Assembly (NCBI GenBank): GCA_964404765.1 | Contig: CAYOLL010000002.1 | Coordinates: 6,604 to 70,603 of the forward strand | Origin: an uncultured Gemmatimonadota bacterium | Lineage (GTDB): Bacteria; 4572-55 | Direction: 5' to 3' | Length of the DNA: 64,000 nt | Shown here: one piece after another, positions 62,701 to 64,000 of the stretch | Position numbering within the stretch: the stretch's first letter is position 1 | Layout: each line of letters begins with the position of its first letter | Translations under genes and position numbers: made by a program | The notes under the pieces: model-generated | The model's database searches: none | What the model saw: the letters and a program-made list of their open reading frames with translations, nothing else | Told to the model about the DNA's origin: nothing

Positions 62701-64000
62701 GCCGACAGCCAGCACCGTAGCGGTACCGATGGGTTGGCCGGCTGTGTATGATCCGCTCGGTGTGCCAAAACTATTACTGGTATTAAACGCCAGCAGAATC
62801 TGATCATTAGCCACGTTGCGTGTCCAGACCAGATGAATTTCCGAAGCGCCGGTCGGGGTGGCGGTAAAATTGGTCGGATCAATCACGCCGCTTGAGCTTT
62901 TGATGGCGACTTCATCGACCTGCCAATTTCGGGCGGCGTTGGAGCCTGTGCCGCTGGACTGATAGTGAAACGCCAGCGCGACCTGTGAACTGGAGGCAAA
63001 AGCGGCTAAGCTGATGTCGCCGGAACTCGTCCAGGTTTGGTCCTGCGTCGGGTTCAGGAAATTGAGCGTTGTCCAGGAAGCGGATGCCGGATTGCCACCG
63101 ACAGTATAGTTAGTAGAAATCTTAAGCGCTAACCCGTTGATGGTATCGGTAAAGCGCACCCACTCCCAAAATTCCAGCACGGGATTGGTATAGCCGGTCA
63201 AATTAATGGTCGGGATCAAGAGCCAATCTTCGCTGGCAACATCGCCGCCAAAACCGCTGCAGGCCATGTAGCTGCCGCTGCCGTTGGCTCCGCCGCCCGT
63301 TGTGGCAATCGTCCAGTTGCGGTTGCTGGCCACGTTGTAAGTGTCCCAACTCCCGGAAGCGGATTCAAAGCTTTCCAGACCGGTAAAAGCCGGAATACCG
63401 GGCGTGACGGCGGAAGTTGTCGGGACGCTTCCGTCGGTTTTGTAGGCGATGTTGGCGCCGCTATTGGTATATGGGAAGATTTTAAAAGTGTAAGTGACCG
63501 TGGGACTCAGGTTTTCAAAAAAGAAAGATTGGACGCCGGGGTTGACATTGACAGCGGCGCTGCCGTCACCTAATTGATTATCATTGGTCACAGCGACGCC
63601 GTTCGTAGGGTTAGAAATAGCGCCGGCGCCGGCATTGCTGGCTTTGATCAAATAACCGTCCGGCGCGGCGCGAGTGGCGTCCGTCCAAATCACCGTGATT
63701 CGTCGCGGACTATTGGCGGTGGCGGTAAAGCCGGAGACATGATTACTTGGCGCATTTTTGAGCGTCGTCGCGTTGGCGTTCACGCCGCTGGAATATGTAT
63801 TGCCGCTGTTGTATGACCAAGCTTTATAATGATAGGTTGTGTTTTCGGCCCGCCCGCTATGAAGAACGCTGGTGTTGCTGCCGGCTACTATCACCTGGCC
63901 GCCGCCGGAAATCGTCTGACCCAGTGTATAGCCGCCGGTGGGTGTGCCAAAAGTCTGGCTGGTATTAAAAGCCACCAGCACGCTGTTATTATCGTTGTTA
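59737..64000 (-). CDS. Giant secreted multidomain nuclease, 5'-partial (continues beyond the window). Domain order: repeated beta-rich modules, MAM/LTD-like domain, Endonuclease-I-family domain, five Calx-beta repeats, FN3 and a C-terminal dockerin
   Basis: Endonuclease I motifs 'NREHVWP', 'SKRGSMDF', 'ARMIFYMDARY', 'NRNPFIDHPEW'. Five ~111-aa Calx-beta-like repeats ('TTVQFAAANATVIEGGSYQL...TFTLQNVTGGSNAKIGTQAQFQLTILDR'). FN3 ('PAPVVSNVAVSNITATTARISF...'). Dockerin-type Ca-binding repeats 'DINGNGEIDADD...DINDDGMVDIQD' lie at the extreme C-terminus. The frame is open to base 64000. Confidence 0.75.
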   Translation of the reverse strand, partial: NNDNNSVLVAFNTSQTFGTPTGGYTLGQTISGGGQVIVAGSNTSVLHSGRAENTTYHYKAWSYNSGNTYSSGVNANATTLKNAPSNHVSGFTATANSPRRITVIWTDATRAAPDGYLIKASNAGAGAISNPTNGVAVTNDNQLGDGSAAVNVNPGVQSFFFENLSPTVTYTFKIFPYTNSGANIAYKTDGSVPTTSAVTPGIPAFTGLESFESASGSWDTYNVASNRNWTIATTGGGANGSGSYMACSGFGGDVASEDWLLIPTINLTGYTNPVLEFWEWVRFTDTINGLALKISTNYTVGGNPASASWTTLNFLNPTQDQTWTSSGDISLAAFASSSQVALAFHYQSSGTGSNAARNWQVDEVAIKSSSGVIDPTNFTATPTGASEIHLVWTRNVANDQILLAFNTSNSFGTPSGSYTAGQPIGTATVLAVGSLADFNHTGRNEATLYYYKIWSKNSDTYSAGITANARTFGSGDYYAGINNQTGPELKSILNALLRDTYFEDAVTNYDGVWDGLKYADEDPANPNNVILIYDGRSRAKSLQGTGADNWNREHVWPNGIGIDDKEPGYIDLHHLRPADVTVNSKRGSMDFDNGGTPYSDSDGFATGCFADANSFEPRPQDKGNVARMIFYMDARYEGSGGKDPYNLELIDTNHDPNNITNKLGVVSTLLAWHQADPVDALEMRRNERVAELQHNRNPFIDHPEWVNRIWSNAPPSTEVQFATATATVIEGNTYELEISLINPGAQATTVQVALTGGTAADINNYATQTVTFPAGSATAQKVLITVTDDNVSESNETLTFTLQNVSGGNTPVLGVRTQFQLTILDRTTVQFAAANATVIEGGSYQLAVSVTAPASGSATTVQLALTSGTAADVNNFATQTLTFPAGSAATQTVTLTVTEDALAEVSEILTFTLQNVTGGSNAKIGTQAQFQLTILDRTTVQFAAANATVIEGGSYQLVVSVTAPASGSATTVQLALTSGTAADVNNFATQTLTFPAGSAATQTVTLTVTEDALAEVSEILTFTLQNVTGGSNAKIGTQAQFQLTILDRTTVQFAAANATVIEGGSYQLSVSVTAPASGSATTVQLALTSGTAADVNNFATQTLTFPAGSAATQTVTLTITEDALAEVSESLTFTLQNVTGGSNAKIGTQAQFQLTILDRTTVQFAAANATVKEGDGSYTLEVLITAPSISGPTQIDVALTAGSAEDVGNFSTKRLTFAAGGAILQTVSLNITDDSTIENVEAITFSLQNLSGGNSAKLGTPAQFELTIEDNDEPAPVVSNVAVSNITATTARISFSTDKLTTAIIHYGMQSGIYPMAAELTTPATSHIGNLHNLMPDQTYFYQLCVTDLKETQVCLAEASFQTLDGLMTGDINGNGEIDADDIGILTDAILEDWEYEAVFDINDDGMVDIQDVVALIDLQ
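60480..61800. repeat. Tandem 333-bp coding repeats (four units, the central two nearly identical) encoding the Calx-beta modules
   Basis: For example, the 150-bp block gaccgtcagcgtcacggtttgcgtggcggcgctgccggcgggaaaggtcagcgtttgtgtcgc... recurs at 60980 and 61313. Period is 333 bp. Confidence 0.8.

Overview
This 64-kb window reads as chromosomal DNA from a bacterium that uses a type IX secretion system (T9SS). Two proteins end in the characteristic T9SS C-terminal sorting domain, which points to a Bacteroidota/FCB-group-like lineage. GC content is about 50%. Housekeeping genes (trmB, glgC, nadC, mtnD/mtnB, kynA/kynU, accD, an aminotransferase, aceE, an MFS transporter, M42 and M14 peptidases) are interleaved with accessory material.

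The most unusual content, in order of position:
- 22.2-27.1 kb: a decaying tandem array of paralogous genes for secreted SH3b-like proteins. The copies are separated by a conserved 29-bp perfect palindrome. HEPN/nucleotidyltransferase and a second toxin-antitoxin-like gene pair are interleaved with the copies.
- At least three families of dispersed MITE-like hairpin/palindromic repeats occur in intergenic regions. One family shows compensatory (covarying) base changes in its stem.
- 56.0-59.5 kb: a solitary 1142-aa gene encoding a fused N6-adenine methyltransferase and PD-(D/E)xK nuclease (Type IIG-like restriction-modification enzyme).
- 59.7-64.0 kb: a giant secreted multidomain protein, partial at the window edge. 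It combines an Endonuclease-I-family nuclease domain with five tandem Calx-beta repeats, an FN3 domain and a C-terminal dockerin. The Calx-beta repeats are encoded by near-identical 333-bp DNA repeats.
- 1.8-6.5 kb: a Uma2-family endonuclease, a Met/His-rich lipoprotein, a radical SAM/SPASM enzyme and a MIO-dependent ammonia-lyase-family enzyme.

Numerous gene relics are present: a uvrA fragment, an IS1380-like transposase fragment, a frameshifted DUF4160 gene, and a decayed second copy of an Rpn-family nuclease gene. I found no rRNA, tRNA or CRISPR array by eye. All family assignments rest on motif recognition in the translated ORFs and have not been checked by database search.
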